Part shown: positions 40,095 to 50,100 of the stretch, in pieces | How positions within the stretch are numbered: position 1 is the stretch's first letter | How the letters are laid out: each line of letters starts with the position of its first letter | The notes under the pieces: generated by a model | What the model saw: only the letters and a program-made list of their open reading frames with translations | Told to the model about the DNA's origin: nothing | The model's database searches: none | Assembly: GCA_963783305.1 (NCBI GenBank) | Contig: CAWAMW010000011.1 | Coordinates: forward strand, 1-64,000 | Direction: 5' to 3' | Origin: an uncultured Gemmatimonadales bacterium | GTDB taxonomy: Bacteria > Gemmatimonadota > Gemmatimonadetes > Longimicrobiales > RSA9 | DNA length: 64,000 bases | Program-made: the position numbers and the translations under genes

Positions 40095-40804
40095 CGCTGA
40101 TCGCCCAGGTGGGGCCGGCGCCCCAGGGGCCCGTGGACATGATCGTCGGCGGCACCGCCGCCACCCAGATCATCCTCCTGCTCCTCGCCGTGTTCTCCCT
40201 CGTGAGCTGGTCCATCATGATCTGGAAGTGGAGCCAGTTCCGGAAGCTGAACCGGCAGGGCGTCCGCTTCCTCGGCGCCATCGAAAAGACGCAGCGCCTT
40301 CGGGACGCCTACCGGACCCTCTCCCGCCTCCCGGACTCCCCCTACACGAGCGTATTCAAGCAGGGCCTCGAGTTCTTCAACGAGCTCCGGCCCGGCGCGC
40401 TCGAGGAGGACACGCCCAGAAGTGAGGGACTCTCGGAGGCCCAGCTCCAGGCCATGCGCCTCGTGCTCGAGAAAGGACAGGCCGACGAGCGCGACGAGCT
40501 GGCCGGCGGCCTGATCTGGCTCGCCGTCATCGGCAATGTCTCGCCTCTCCTCGGCCTCATGGGCACCGTAATCGGCGTCATGAACGCCTTCCTCGGAATC
40601 ACCGCTACCGGCAGCGCCAACATCGGCGCCGTAGCACCCGGCGTCGCCGAGGCCCTGGTCACCACGGTCGCCGGCCTCGCCGTCGCGATCCCCGCCGTCA
40701 TCGGCTACAACTACTTTGTAAGCAGGTTGAATTACTTCGGGGGTGAGCTGGAAGGGTTCGCGAGCGAGTTCATCGGGACGCTGGCGAAGGAGCGCTTGCT
40801 TTGA
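40091..40804 (+). CDS. tolQ: MotA/TolQ/ExbB proton channel
   Basis: SPLLGLMGTVIGVMNAF, VAPGVAEALVTTVAGL.VAIPA; precedes tolR/tolA/tolB/pal. Confidence 0.9.
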   Translation: MTLIAQVGPAPQGPVDMIVGGTAATQIILLLLAVFSLVSWSIMIWKWSQFRKLNRQGVRFLGAIEKTQRLRDAYRTLSRLPDSPYTSVFKQGLEFFNELRPGALEEDTPRSEGLSEAQLQAMRLVLEKGQADERDELAGGLIWLAVIGNVSPLLGLMGTVIGVMNAFLGITATGSANIGAVAPGVAEALVTTVAGLAVAIPAVIGYNYFVSRLNYFGGELEGFASEFIGTLAKERLL

Positions 40805-40807
40805 GAG

Positions 40808-41375
40808 TGCAGGGTTGGCTCGCCTTCGGCTCGCAGTGTGGCGCCCTGCGGGCGCAGTATGGCTCGGCCTCCGGCCTCGCAGTGTGGCGCCCTTTGGGCG
40901 CAGGGTGGCTCGCCTCCGGCTCGCAGTATGGCTCGGCCTTCGGCCTCGCAAGGTGGCTCGCCGCTGGCTCGCAGGGTGGCTCGGCCCTCGGCCTCGCAGG
41001 AACCGCGTGCGGTGTGCGGGGGAGCCGTTTTGGTCGGTCGTCTGGTAAGCAGGCATTCGCGAGACGCCCCACCGCCTGGCTGCTGCGAGCCGCAGGCGAG
41101 CCCCCCTGCGAGCCGCAGGCGAGCCCCCCTGCGAGCGTCAGCGAGCCACGCTGCGAGCGTCAGCGAGCCACACTGCGAGCGCCAGCGAGCCACACTGCGA
41201 GCGCAGCGAGCCATACTGCGCCCGCAGGGCGCCACACTGCGAGGCCGCAGGCCGCGCCACACTGCGAGGCCGCAGGCCGCGCCACACTGCGAGCGCCAGC
41301 GAGCCATACTGCGAGCGCAGCGAGCCACACTGCGAGGCCGCAGGCCGCGCCACACTGCGAGCCGCAGGCGAGCCA
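40808..41375. repeat. Family-B bipartite array: ~8 inverted units, ~80-bp core, ~13 direct units
   Basis: Linker CGCAGTRTGGC (left) / GCCAYACTGCG (right) alternating with short variable hairpins. Confidence 0.95.
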
Positions 41376-41399
41376 AGGCCTCCCCCAGGAGGCCGCCTG

Positions 41400-41810
41400 A
41401 TGCGCCAAACTCTCCCGATCACCGCCGAGATCAACGTGACGAGTCTCGTGGACGTCGCGTTCACTCTGCTGGTCATCTTCATCATCACGGCGCCCATCCT
41501 CCAGGGAGGGGTGGAGGTGGAGCTGCCGCGGGCGGACGCGGGGCCCATCACGCAGTCGGAGGGGGTGGTCGTCACGATCGGCGAGGATGGCTCGCTGTAC
41601 CTCGATGACGCTCCCATGGCGTCGCGCGAGGAGTTTCTGCAGTTCTTCCCACGCTACATGGAGGACCACCCGGGCGCGGCGGTGTTCGTTCGGGGCGACC
41701 GGCGGGTGGCGTACGGTGAGGTGATGGAGCTGTTCAGCCTCATGCGCGGGGTCGATGTCGCCGAGGTGAACCTGGTGCTGGAGAACCCGCCGGACCGTGA
41801 GCGTCCATGA
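41400..41810 (+). CDS. tolR: ExbD/TolR protein
   Basis: AEINVTSLVDVAFTLLVIFIITAP, VRGDRRVAYGEV. Confidence 0.9.
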   Translation: MRQTLPITAEINVTSLVDVAFTLLVIFIITAPILQGGVEVELPRADAGPITQSEGVVVTIGEDGSLYLDDAPMASREEFLQFFPRYMEDHPGAAVFVRGDRRVAYGEVMELFSLMRGVDVAEVNLVLENPPDRERP

Positions 41811-42511
41811 GGGGGAGGGGGAGGGGACCGGGGACCCGGGCATTCCTGCTGTCGGCGGCCGCGCACGCGGCGCTTCTGGTGCCGCTCGTCCTCTTCGCGC
41901 GCGCGCCGGAGCCCATGGAGTTCGAGACCGTCCGGATCAACCTGGTCTCACCGCCGCCCGCCGCGGTCGCCCAGGCGCAGACGGAGGCCGAGCCCACGCC
42001 CCCGCCCACGCCGGAGCCGGAGCCCGTCCGCGAGGAGCCGGAGCGGGAGGTGAAGCCAAAGGAGGAGCCGCCCAAAGAGCCGCCAAAGCGCGAGAACATC
42101 GAGCGACCGGAGACCGAGAAGCGGCCGGAGACCCCCGCGCAGACGCAGCCCCAGCCCACTCCCACGGAGGAGGCGCCCGAGGCCGCCACCGGCGGGGACG
42201 ACCTGAACATCGCCACCGAGGGGCGCGAGTTTCCGTTTCCGGACTACCTCGCCAACGTCATCATCCAGGTGAAGCGCTACTTCCGCTGGAGCGACGACTC
42301 GCACCCCAAGGGCGTCATCTACTTCGAGATCACCCAGGATGGCGGCGTGCGGAACCTGCGGATGGCCCGGTCTTCGGGGAACATCCGGTTCGACTTCGCC
42401 GTACAGGGAGCCGTGGAGACGGCGGGGAACCGTGGCGCCTTCGGTCCGCTCCCCCAGGGTTACGCCGGCCCGTTCCTTCCGGTGCAGCTCGAGGTCGAGC
42501 CCCCGCGCTGA
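41807..42511 (+). CDS. TonB/TolA-like energy transducer
   Basis: TM helix with SxxxH motif, Pro/Glu-rich linker, TonB-C domain (SSGNIRFD.AV). Confidence 0.88.
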   Translation: MRGRGRGPGTRAFLLSAAAHAALLVPLVLFARAPEPMEFETVRINLVSPPPAAVAQAQTEAEPTPPPTPEPEPVREEPEREVKPKEEPPKEPPKRENIERPETEKRPETPAQTQPQPTPTEEAPEAATGGDDLNIATEGREFPFPDYLANVIIQVKRYFRWSDDSHPKGVIYFEITQDGGVRNLRMARSSGNIRFDFAVQGAVETAGNRGAFGPLPQGYAGPFLPVQLEVEPPR

Positions 42512-42565
42512 GCGGCGGCACGTGTTGACTGGTTCAAGAACCCTGAACGGAAGGCCGGAGTCGGA

Positions 42566-44155
42566 GTGAGAGTCTTAGTCCCTAGCAGGCTGCTGAAGAA
42601 GTGGAGGGAAGGCGGGTCGAGGGTCGATCCCTTCGGGACCCGCTGGCGCGGGGGTCGATCCTCGGGGTCGCTTCGCTTCCCGAGGACCCCGCTGGCGCGG
42701 GGGGTCGATTGCCCGCGCTCCGCGCGAGGCGACCGCGCTGCGCGAGGCGTCGACGGGACGGGGCACGCGCGTGTGCTTTCCCCCAGCGACCGTTCGCTCC
42801 CCGCCCACCGCCCCTTTCAGCGACCTGCTGGCCGTGTCCTGCTGTCGGCCCTGATCCTCGCCCTGGCCGCGGTTTCACCCGTGGCCGCGCAGGAGGACCT
42901 CCCCAAGGGGGTCCAGCTCAAGCTCGTCTACGAGACCCAGTATCGGGATCGGCTGGCCGTCCAGCCGTTCACCGGGCCCGGCGTGGGCTTCGCCGTGGAG
43001 GAGACCCACCGCATGGTCCAGCGGGACCTCGACTACTCCGACCGCTTCGAGATGCAGTTCGACATCCCGCAGGCGATGCGGCAGGGGACCATCGACTACG
43101 GCGCATGGAACTCCCTCGGCGTGGTGTACCTGGTCACCGGGTCCCTGGAGCCCACCCAGGACGGGTTCGGGCTCCGGATCGCTCTGCACGACGTCGTGTA
43201 CGGCTCGGTCAAGGAGATCCGCCAGTTCCAGCTCCCACCCCGCGGCGACCCGGGCTTCCGCATGGCCGTCCACGCCGCGTCCGACGAGGTGGTGCGCTGG
43301 GCCACCGGCGAACGAGGGGCGGCCGCCACGCGCGTCGCCCTCACTCGCCTCCGCTCCGACGGCACCCACGAGCTGCTGCTGGTCGACTCCGATGGCGAGA
43401 ACGTCACCCGCATCCATGAGGGCGAGTCCATCTACTCGCCCACCTGGGGGCCCTCCGGCGACCGCCTCGCCTACGCCGAGACCGACTACGTCGAGAGCGA
43501 CCGCCTCATCGAGCGCGACCTCCGCACCGGCCGCACCCGCATCCTCAGCGAGCGAGGCCTGCCCGCCCAGACACCCGCATACTCGCCCGACGGCGGCCGG
43601 CTCGCCATGGCCCTCTGGATCGACCGCGGCATGGAGATCCACGACTACGATGTGAACCGCAACTGCTGCATGCGCCGACTGACCCGCCGCGCCCGCATCG
43701 ATATGCACCCGTCCTACTCCCCGGACGGCCGACGCATCGTCTTCCAGTCCGATCGCCTCGGCGCCCCCCATATCTTCACCATGCCCGCGGACGGCGGCGA
43801 CGCCGTCCTCATCACCCCCTTCGAGAGCGGCGGACCCGGCTACTTCACATCCCCGGACTGGAGCCCCCGGTCCTCCCAGATCGTCTTCCACGGCCGCTCC
43901 CGCGGTGGCGTGTTCCAGATCATGGTCGCCAACGCCGACCGCCCCGGGGGCGCCGTCCAGCAGATCACCTCCGAAGGCAGGAGCGAGGACCCCAGCTGGG
44001 CACCCGATGGGCGCCACATCGTCTTCAGCGGGGTGCGCGACGATGGCATGGGCTTGTATGTTATCGACTTGATCACGGGCCGGATCCGCCCGCTGGTGAC
44101 CGGAGGACGCTACCGCATGCCCGACTGGTCGCCGGCCCTCGCGGGGGGGCGATGA
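42566..44155 (+). CDS. tolB: TolB beta-propeller protein with an in-frame repeat insertion near the N-terminus
   Basis: DLDYSDRF, repeated P.(W/Y)SPDG PD40 motifs; precedes pal; start uncertain. Confidence 0.9.
   Translation: MRVLVPSRLLKKWREGGSRVDPFGTRWRGGRSSGSLRFPRTPLARGVDCPRSARGDRAARGVDGTGHARVLSPSDRSLPAHRPFQRPAGRVLLSALILALAAVSPVAAQEDLPKGVQLKLVYETQYRDRLAVQPFTGPGVGFAVEETHRMVQRDLDYSDRFEMQFDIPQAMRQGTIDYGAWNSLGVVYLVTGSLEPTQDGFGLRIALHDVVYGSVKEIRQFQLPPRGDPGFRMAVHAASDEVVRWATGERGAAATRVALTRLRSDGTHELLLVDSDGENVTRIHEGESIYSPTWGPSGDRLAYAETDYVESDRLIERDLRTGRTRILSERGLPAQTPAYSPDGGRLAMALWIDRGMEIHDYDVNRNCCMRRLTRRARIDMHPSYSPDGRRIVFQSDRLGAPHIFTMPADGGDAVLITPFESGGPGYFTSPDWSPRSSQIVFHGRSRGGVFQIMVANADRPGGAVQQITSEGRSEDPSWAPDGRHIVFSGVRDDGMGLYVIDLITGRIRPLVTGGRYRMPDWSPALAGGR
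42582..42831. repeat. Palindromic MITE-like insertion containing family-A modules
   Basis: Ends CTAGCAGGCTGCTGAAG / TTTCAGCGACCTGCTGG are imperfect inverted repeats; internal CCCGCTGGCGCGGGGGTCGAT x2. Confidence 0.8.
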
Positions 44156-44214
44156 AACACCGCTTGAGCGGCAGGATGTACAAAAAAACCTTCACTTTTT
44201 GGGAGAGCGACTCG

Positions 44215-44823
44215 ATGACGCAGCGTTTCATCATCACCGTGGCCCTGGCCGCGTTCGCGCTGGGGGGCACGGCGGCGTGTGGGAAGAAGCCGCCGGAGGG
44301 ACCGACGCCGGAGGAGATGCGGCAGGACAGCATCCGGCAGGCCGAGGCCGCGCGGCAGGACAGCATCCGCGCTGCGGAGCGGGCGCGTCAGGACAGCCTC
44401 GCCGCGGAGCGGGAGCGGGAGGAGGCGATGGCGCGCGAGACGGCATCGGCGCGGGACATTCTCGAGGCGATGATCCATTTCGGGTACGACCAGTCCGGTC
44501 TGACTGGGGAAGCGGAGCAGCAGCTGATGCGGAAGGTGGCGGTGCTGCGAGCGAACCCGGACGTGCAGCTCCGGATCGCGGGTCACGCGGATGAGCGGGG
44601 CTCCATTGAGTACAACCGTGCGCTGGCGCAGCGTCGTGCGGAGGCGGCAAAGGACTACATGACGAACTACGGGATCGCCGCGTCGCGGCTGAATACGGTC
44701 AGCTTCGGCGAGGACCGTCCACTGGTGAACGCGAGCAACGAGCAGGCGTGGGCGGAGAACCGACGCGACGAGTTCTCCATCGTTTCCGGTGGGGATCAGA
44801 TGCGCGTACCGGGCGGCTCATGA
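44215..44823 (+). CDS. pal: Peptidoglycan-associated lipoprotein
   Basis: Lipobox-like TAAC, IHFGYDQS.L, GHADERGS.EYN.AL.QRRA, NRRDEF. Confidence 0.93.
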   Translation: MTQRFIITVALAAFALGGTAACGKKPPEGPTPEEMRQDSIRQAEAARQDSIRAAERARQDSLAAEREREEAMARETASARDILEAMIHFGYDQSGLTGEAEQQLMRKVAVLRANPDVQLRIAGHADERGSIEYNRALAQRRAEAAKDYMTNYGIAASRLNTVSFGEDRPLVNASNEQAWAENRRDEFSIVSGGDQMRVPGGS

Positions 44824-45692
44824 AGAGAGGCTGGAAGGCGGGGGCGGTAGCCGGAGGTGGCGGGGTGACCCGCGGCCTCCGGCTCGCCCGCCGGTCGCTG
44901 CTGACGCTGGTGGTGGCGTTCGCCGCCGCCGGGTCCACCGCGTGCGCCACGAAGGCCGACATCCGCAACGTTCGCCAGGACTTCGGGCGGATGGATGCGC
45001 GGCAGGACTCCATCTACGGTCTGCTGCAGACGCAGAACCGGCAGATCCTCGACACGCTGACGCTCACGACGGAGCGTCTGCTGGACGTGCGGGGTGAGTT
45101 GGCGAACCAGCTTTCGCGGCTCCAGGACCAGCTGGTGCAGGTGAGCGAGCTCACGGGGCAGGTGCAGGTCCGGCTGAACCAGCTCGACCAGGAGCTCGCC
45201 CGCGCGCTCCGCGAGGGCGGGTCGGCGACGCAGGGCGGGTCGGCGGCGCAGGGCGACGCGTCCGCTCCAGCCACACAGGCGCCTCCCGGCGGCCGGGTGA
45301 CTGCCGGCGGCGACAGCGGAATGGCCGAGGATATCTACGCCGCCGGGCTGGAGCAGGTGAATCGGGGCAACGCGGCCACGGCGCGACGCGCGTTTCAGAT
45401 GGTGGTGGACAGCTTCCCCGACCAGCCGATGGCGCCTGAGGCGCAGCGCCAGATCGGCGAGACGTACGCAATGGATGGCCTGCACGACGAGGCGCTCCGT
45501 GCGTTCGAGCGCGTCGTCGAGCGTTATCAGGACTCCGACGCGGCGCCGCGGGCACTCTATCGGGCCGGTGTCATCGCACAGGAGCGCGGACAGACGGAGC
45601 GGGCACGGGAGTATTTCCGGCGAGTCATCTCCGGCTATCCCGGCTCCGACGCGCGGACCCTGGCCGAGTCGGCGCTGGAGCGGATGCGGTAG
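44820..45692 (+). CDS. cpoB: Tol-Pal-associated coiled-coil/TPR protein (CpoB/YbgF)
   Basis: Lipoprotein-like signal, coiled coil, three C-terminal TPRs; follows pal. Confidence 0.85.
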   Translation: MKRGWKAGAVAGGGGVTRGLRLARRSLLTLVVAFAAAGSTACATKADIRNVRQDFGRMDARQDSIYGLLQTQNRQILDTLTLTTERLLDVRGELANQLSRLQDQLVQVSELTGQVQVRLNQLDQELARALREGGSATQGGSAAQGDASAPATQAPPGGRVTAGGDSGMAEDIYAAGLEQVNRGNAATARRAFQMVVDSFPDQPMAPEAQRQIGETYAMDGLHDEALRAFERVVERYQDSDAAPRALYRAGVIAQERGQTERAREYFRRVISGYPGSDARTLAESALERMR

Positions 45693-45804
45693 CACGGGTT
45701 CTCTGAAACAGGCGGGGGCGATGGGATCCCGGGAGGCGCCCGGATCGAGGCGCCCGGCGGAGCGCGCTCCTGCCGGGCGTCGGTGTTGGAGCGGATGGTG
45801 AAGC

Positions 45805-46296
45805 ATGCGTTGTCCTTACTGTCATGACACGGAAGACCGGGTGGTGGACTCCCGCACGAGTCGGGAGGGACGCGCCATCCGGCGTCGGCGCGAGTGCGTC
45901 GGCTGCGGTCGCCGTTTCACGACGTACGAGGTTGTGGAGGAGCGGCCGGTGCAGGTGATCAAGAGCGACGCGACGGTCGAGACCTTCGACCGCGAAAAGC
46001 TGCTGCGGTCGATCCGTCTGCCGTGCGTGAAGCGCCCCGTGACGGAGGCGGAGATCGAAGCGATGGTCGACGCCATCGAGGACGAGCTGAGCAGCCGTGA
46101 CCAGATCCCGAGCCGGGAGCTGGGCGAGCTGGTGATGGACCAGCTCCGGGAGAAGGACTACGTCGCGTACGTCCGCTTCGCCTCCGTGTACCGGAACTTC
46201 CAGGACATTGAGGAGTTCGTGGAGGAGCTGGAGGACCTGAACGAGGCGCGCACACGGCTGGAGCTGCGGAAGAACCAGGAGGAGCTACCCCTCTGA
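45805..46296 (+). CDS. nrdR: Transcriptional repressor NrdR
   Basis: MRCPYC, VVDSR, IRRRRECxxC, RFTTYE, VAYVRFASVY. Confidence 0.98.
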   Translation: MRCPYCHDTEDRVVDSRTSREGRAIRRRRECVGCGRRFTTYEVVEERPVQVIKSDATVETFDREKLLRSIRLPCVKRPVTEAEIEAMVDAIEDELSSRDQIPSRELGELVMDQLREKDYVAYVRFASVYRNFQDIEEFVEELEDLNEARTRLELRKNQEELPL

Positions 46297-46343
46297 AGGA
46301 CCGGATCACGACCTTCCGGAAGCGCCCGTCGGGCGCGGAAGAG

Positions 46344-47108
46344 ATGCCCTTCCTCGACCATCTCGAGGAGCTGAGGTGGCGCATCATCTGGAGCCTGCTT
46401 GCCGTCGTGGTGGGCGCCATCATCGGGTGGTTCCTCGTCACACGCTTCGACGTGCTGGGGCTGCTCATCGACCCCATGCGGCCGTTGCTCGAGGACGGAC
46501 GGCTCGCGTACCTCAGCCCGGCGGACCCGTTCCTCGTCACGTTGAAGCTCACCCTCACGACCGGCGTGCTGCTGGCTTCGCCGGTGGTGATCTACCAGTT
46601 CTGGATCTTCCTCTCCCCGGCGCTCATGCCGGAGGAGAAGCGGGCGATCGTGCCGGCGCTCTATTTCGGGCTCCTCCTCTTTATCGCCGGTATGGCGCTC
46701 GCGTACTTCGTCGCGCTGCCGGTCATGTTCCAGTTCTTCGCGCAGTTCCAGCAGGAGAGCCTGGAACAGAACATCACGATTGGCCCCTATATGGCGGTGG
46801 TGACGCGAACGCTGCTGGGGTTCGGTCTCGTGTTCGAGCTGCCGGTCGTCATGCTGATCCTGGCAGCCATGGGCGTGCTGGACACCGCCACCATGCGAAA
46901 GGGCCGACGCTACGCGATCGTCATCATCACGGTTGTGGCGAGCTTCATCACGCCGGGCGATGTGGTGATCCTGACGGTCTTCCTGATGGTCCCACTGCTG
47001 CTCCTGTACGAGCTGGGGATCATCCTGGCCAGGGTCGTGGAGCGCCGTCGCGAGAGGCGGCTGGAGTCGGACGCGGAGGAGAGCGCGGACAAGTGGACCG
47101 GAGTGTAG
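46344..47108 (+). CDS. tatC: Twin-arginine translocase subunit TatC
   Basis: MPFLDHLEELRWR, FELPV, ITPGD, LYELGI; start may be 46293. Confidence 0.96.
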   Translation: MPFLDHLEELRWRIIWSLLAVVVGAIIGWFLVTRFDVLGLLIDPMRPLLEDGRLAYLSPADPFLVTLKLTLTTGVLLASPVVIYQFWIFLSPALMPEEKRAIVPALYFGLLLFIAGMALAYFVALPVMFQFFAQFQQESLEQNITIGPYMAVVTRTLLGFGLVFELPVVMLILAAMGVLDTATMRKGRRYAIVIITVVASFITPGDVVILTVFLMVPLLLLYELGIILARVVERRRERRLESDAEESADKWTGV

Positions 47109-50100
47109 CGAGCGGTAGCGAGACTGGATCCGGGCGTTGTGCCCGCCCCGGGGCAGGGGGGTCGCGCGCGTGGCTTCCCGTCATCCTCGGGCTGGGGCTC
47201 GCTCTGGCTCCCACCGCCGTCTTCGCGCAGCAGCCCGGGCTGGCCGGCGATACCACCGTGGTCGGCGATACCGTCCCGTCCGACACCACGCTGACCACCC
47301 GCGAGCGGGCCCTGGCGCGACTCAGGGCCATGCGCGTGGACCCCGTCCAGCCGGACACCACCGTTCCCGACAGCGCAGCCGAGGCGATGGACGACGAGGC
47401 CATGGCCGCCGAGTCCGCCGACACCGGTGCCGCCGAGATCGTCGTCCAGTCGGACACCGCCCCCGGCGTGGCGGAGCCCCGGTCGACCCCCGACGATCCC
47501 CTGCGCCGACCCCTCCCCGCCCGTGACCTGCTGCTGGAGCCGGACGACTCCCTGGGCGTGTTCACCGACGACACCCCGAGCGTGGACCGGGTGATGGTGG
47601 AGGACTCGCTGCGGACACTGCTCAGGTCGCTCGCCGGCTACCAGGTGACGGAGTACGCGGGGGAGGCGGCCGTGTACAGCACCGAGACGCGTCAGCTGGA
47701 GATCCGCGGCAGCCCCAGCGTGGGGCGTGGCGGGGAGGGGCTCGCGGCCGACTCGCTCCTGGTGTACGAGGGGGATTCCGGCATCGTCTGCGGGTACGGC
47801 TCGCCGGTGCTGAGCGGAGGGAACCAGGCCCCCGTGGAGAGCGATGAGCTCTGCTTCAACATCGAGCGCAACATCGGCGTGGCCGTGGGCGCTCGCACGA
47901 AGTTCCAGCAGGGCGCCACGTGGTACGTCCGCGGCGCCGACAACAGGGTATACCTGCTCACGGGCGGTGAGAAGAACTCGCTCTATGGCGAGCGCGCGCA
48001 ATTCACGTCCTGCGACCTCGAACACCCCCACTACACCTTCAAGGCCCGGTCGCTGAAGATGGTGGAGGGGGACATGATGGTGGCTCGCAACATCACGCTG
48101 GAGTTCGAGGACGTCCCCGTCTTCTGGCTCCCGTGGATGGTGCAGAGCATGAAGCGCGACCGCCGCAGCGGGCTGCTGATGCCGGAGTTCGGCGTCAACG
48201 AGATCGTCCGGAACAACTCCGGCTACAACCGGTCGCTGTCGAACCTCGGCTTCTACTGGGCGATCAACGACTACGCCAGCGCGAAGGGCACATTCGAGTG
48301 GTACAGCAACAACTGGACAGCGGTGGAGGGCGCCCTCACCTACCGCTGGCTCCGGCAGTTCCTCCAGGGCAATCTGACCGCCAAGCAGTACTGGCGGCAG
48401 CAGGAGGGGCTCGCCGGCGGCGGCAGCAGGGAGCTCACCATCAACACGTCGAACAGCTGGCAGCCGGACGAGCGGACGCGCATGCAGCTGAACGCGAACT
48501 ATGCCACCAGCACCCAGTTCGTGCAGGACAACTCGTTCAACCCGCGTGAGCTGAACCGGAAGATCACGTCCACGGCCAGCGTGAACCGCTCCTTCGACTG
48601 GGGCTCCATGTCGCTGGGCGCCGACCGAAGCGAGCAGATCAGCACCGGGCAGGTCGATTGGAAGCTCCCGGGCCTCGCCCTCAATATCTCACCCGTCACA
48701 CTCTGGCGGCCGTCGGAGGGGCTCGGGCTCACCTGGAACGGCTCCGGGAACGTCACCAACCGCACCCGAAATGTCCCCGACACCCTCGGCACCCGGGACA
48801 CGCGCACGCTCGACGCCACGTACTCCCAGGGGCTGTCGTTCGGCAAGCTGGGTTTGAGCCAGAGCGTCACCTGGCACGACGAGGCGGTACAGGGGCCGTC
48901 CGCCGCGCCCGATATCCCGGGCTTCTCCGGCGGACTCGATGGGATCGGGATCGGCGTGGTGGACCGGGTGGGGTCGGCCGGGTTCCGCCTCGACGAGGAC
49001 CGAGACCAGCGCCTGGGGTGGTCCACCTCGCTCTCCTACCAGCAGGTGCTCTGGTCGGGGACGGTCGTGAGCCCCAGCGTGTCCATCAACGGCAACCAGA
49101 TCCGGGACGACCGCACGCTCGGCGACTTCGTGGCCGAGCCCAACCGGATCTCCGCTGGCGCCACGCTCAATACGTCCGTCTATGGCTTCTGGCCGGGCTT
49201 CGGAAACTTCAGCCGAATCCGGCACAAGATCGCCCCCACCCTGCGCTGGTCCTACTCCCCGGCCCCGACTTATTCGGCGCTCCAGGAGGACATCTTCGGG
49301 GTGCGCAACCTGCGGGAGCAGAACCGACTCTCGCTGTCGTTCAACCAGACGTTCGAGGCCAAGGTACGGGAGGAGGCGACCCCGGACACGAACGCAGTGG
49401 CGGACACAGCCTCGGCGGGCGCGGGGGGGGAGCCCTCGGCCGGTGAGCCGCGCCGGCTGCCCCAGGCCGAGAAGGTTCTGCTCCTGGCCCTCGATACCCG
49501 GACCTCCTTCGTCTACGATTTCGTAGCCGCCAGTGAGGAGGGTCGCGGCTTCCTGACCGAGGATATCCAGAACTCCATCCGGTCCGACCTGCTTCGGGGG
49601 TTCCAGCTGTCCATGGGCCACAGTCTGTTCGCCAAGGAGCCTGCCACCGAGGGGCAGCTTCAGCCGCGACGATTCGACCCGTACCTCACGGACCTCTCCG
49701 CTTCGTTCTCCATCGACAACGATTTCTGGCTCTTCGATTTCCTCGGACTGACGTCCTCCTCGGATGGCCCGGCCGGCCCGGGCGCGGACGCCGCTACCGT
49801 CGACCCGGAGGCCGAGGGCGTGGCCAATTCGGAGGACCCGGAGGTGGGCGCCGAGTCGGACCCCGACCAGACTTCGGGACCGGGATCGATCATCCCGAAC
49901 CGGGGCCCGCAGGACGAGATGAGGAGCGGTGTCGGCGGATGGCGCGCGGCGCTGAACTACTCGTTCCGTCGCAGCCGACCCACTGCGACCCGGACGGAAA
50001 CGGGCGAGAACCAGCTGCTCTCGGGGAACGTCTCATTCCAGCCCACGGAGCTCTGGAGCCTCCGCTGGAGCACCGCCTATTCGATCACCGACAGCGAGTT

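Noticed and set aside
40808..41375. CRISPR or mini-CRISPR array
   Set aside because: The constant part is only 11 bp, the variable parts are recurring 10-14 bp hairpins, and orientation flips midway
40732..41608. ORFs overlapping the tolQ-tolR array, and those over 33048-33573
   Set aside because: Translations of GC-rich repeats, open in several frames on both strands
46376..47092. N-terminal 239 aa of the 1306-aa ORF
   Set aside because: Overlaps tatC in another frame; the LptD-like protein more plausibly starts at GTG 47093
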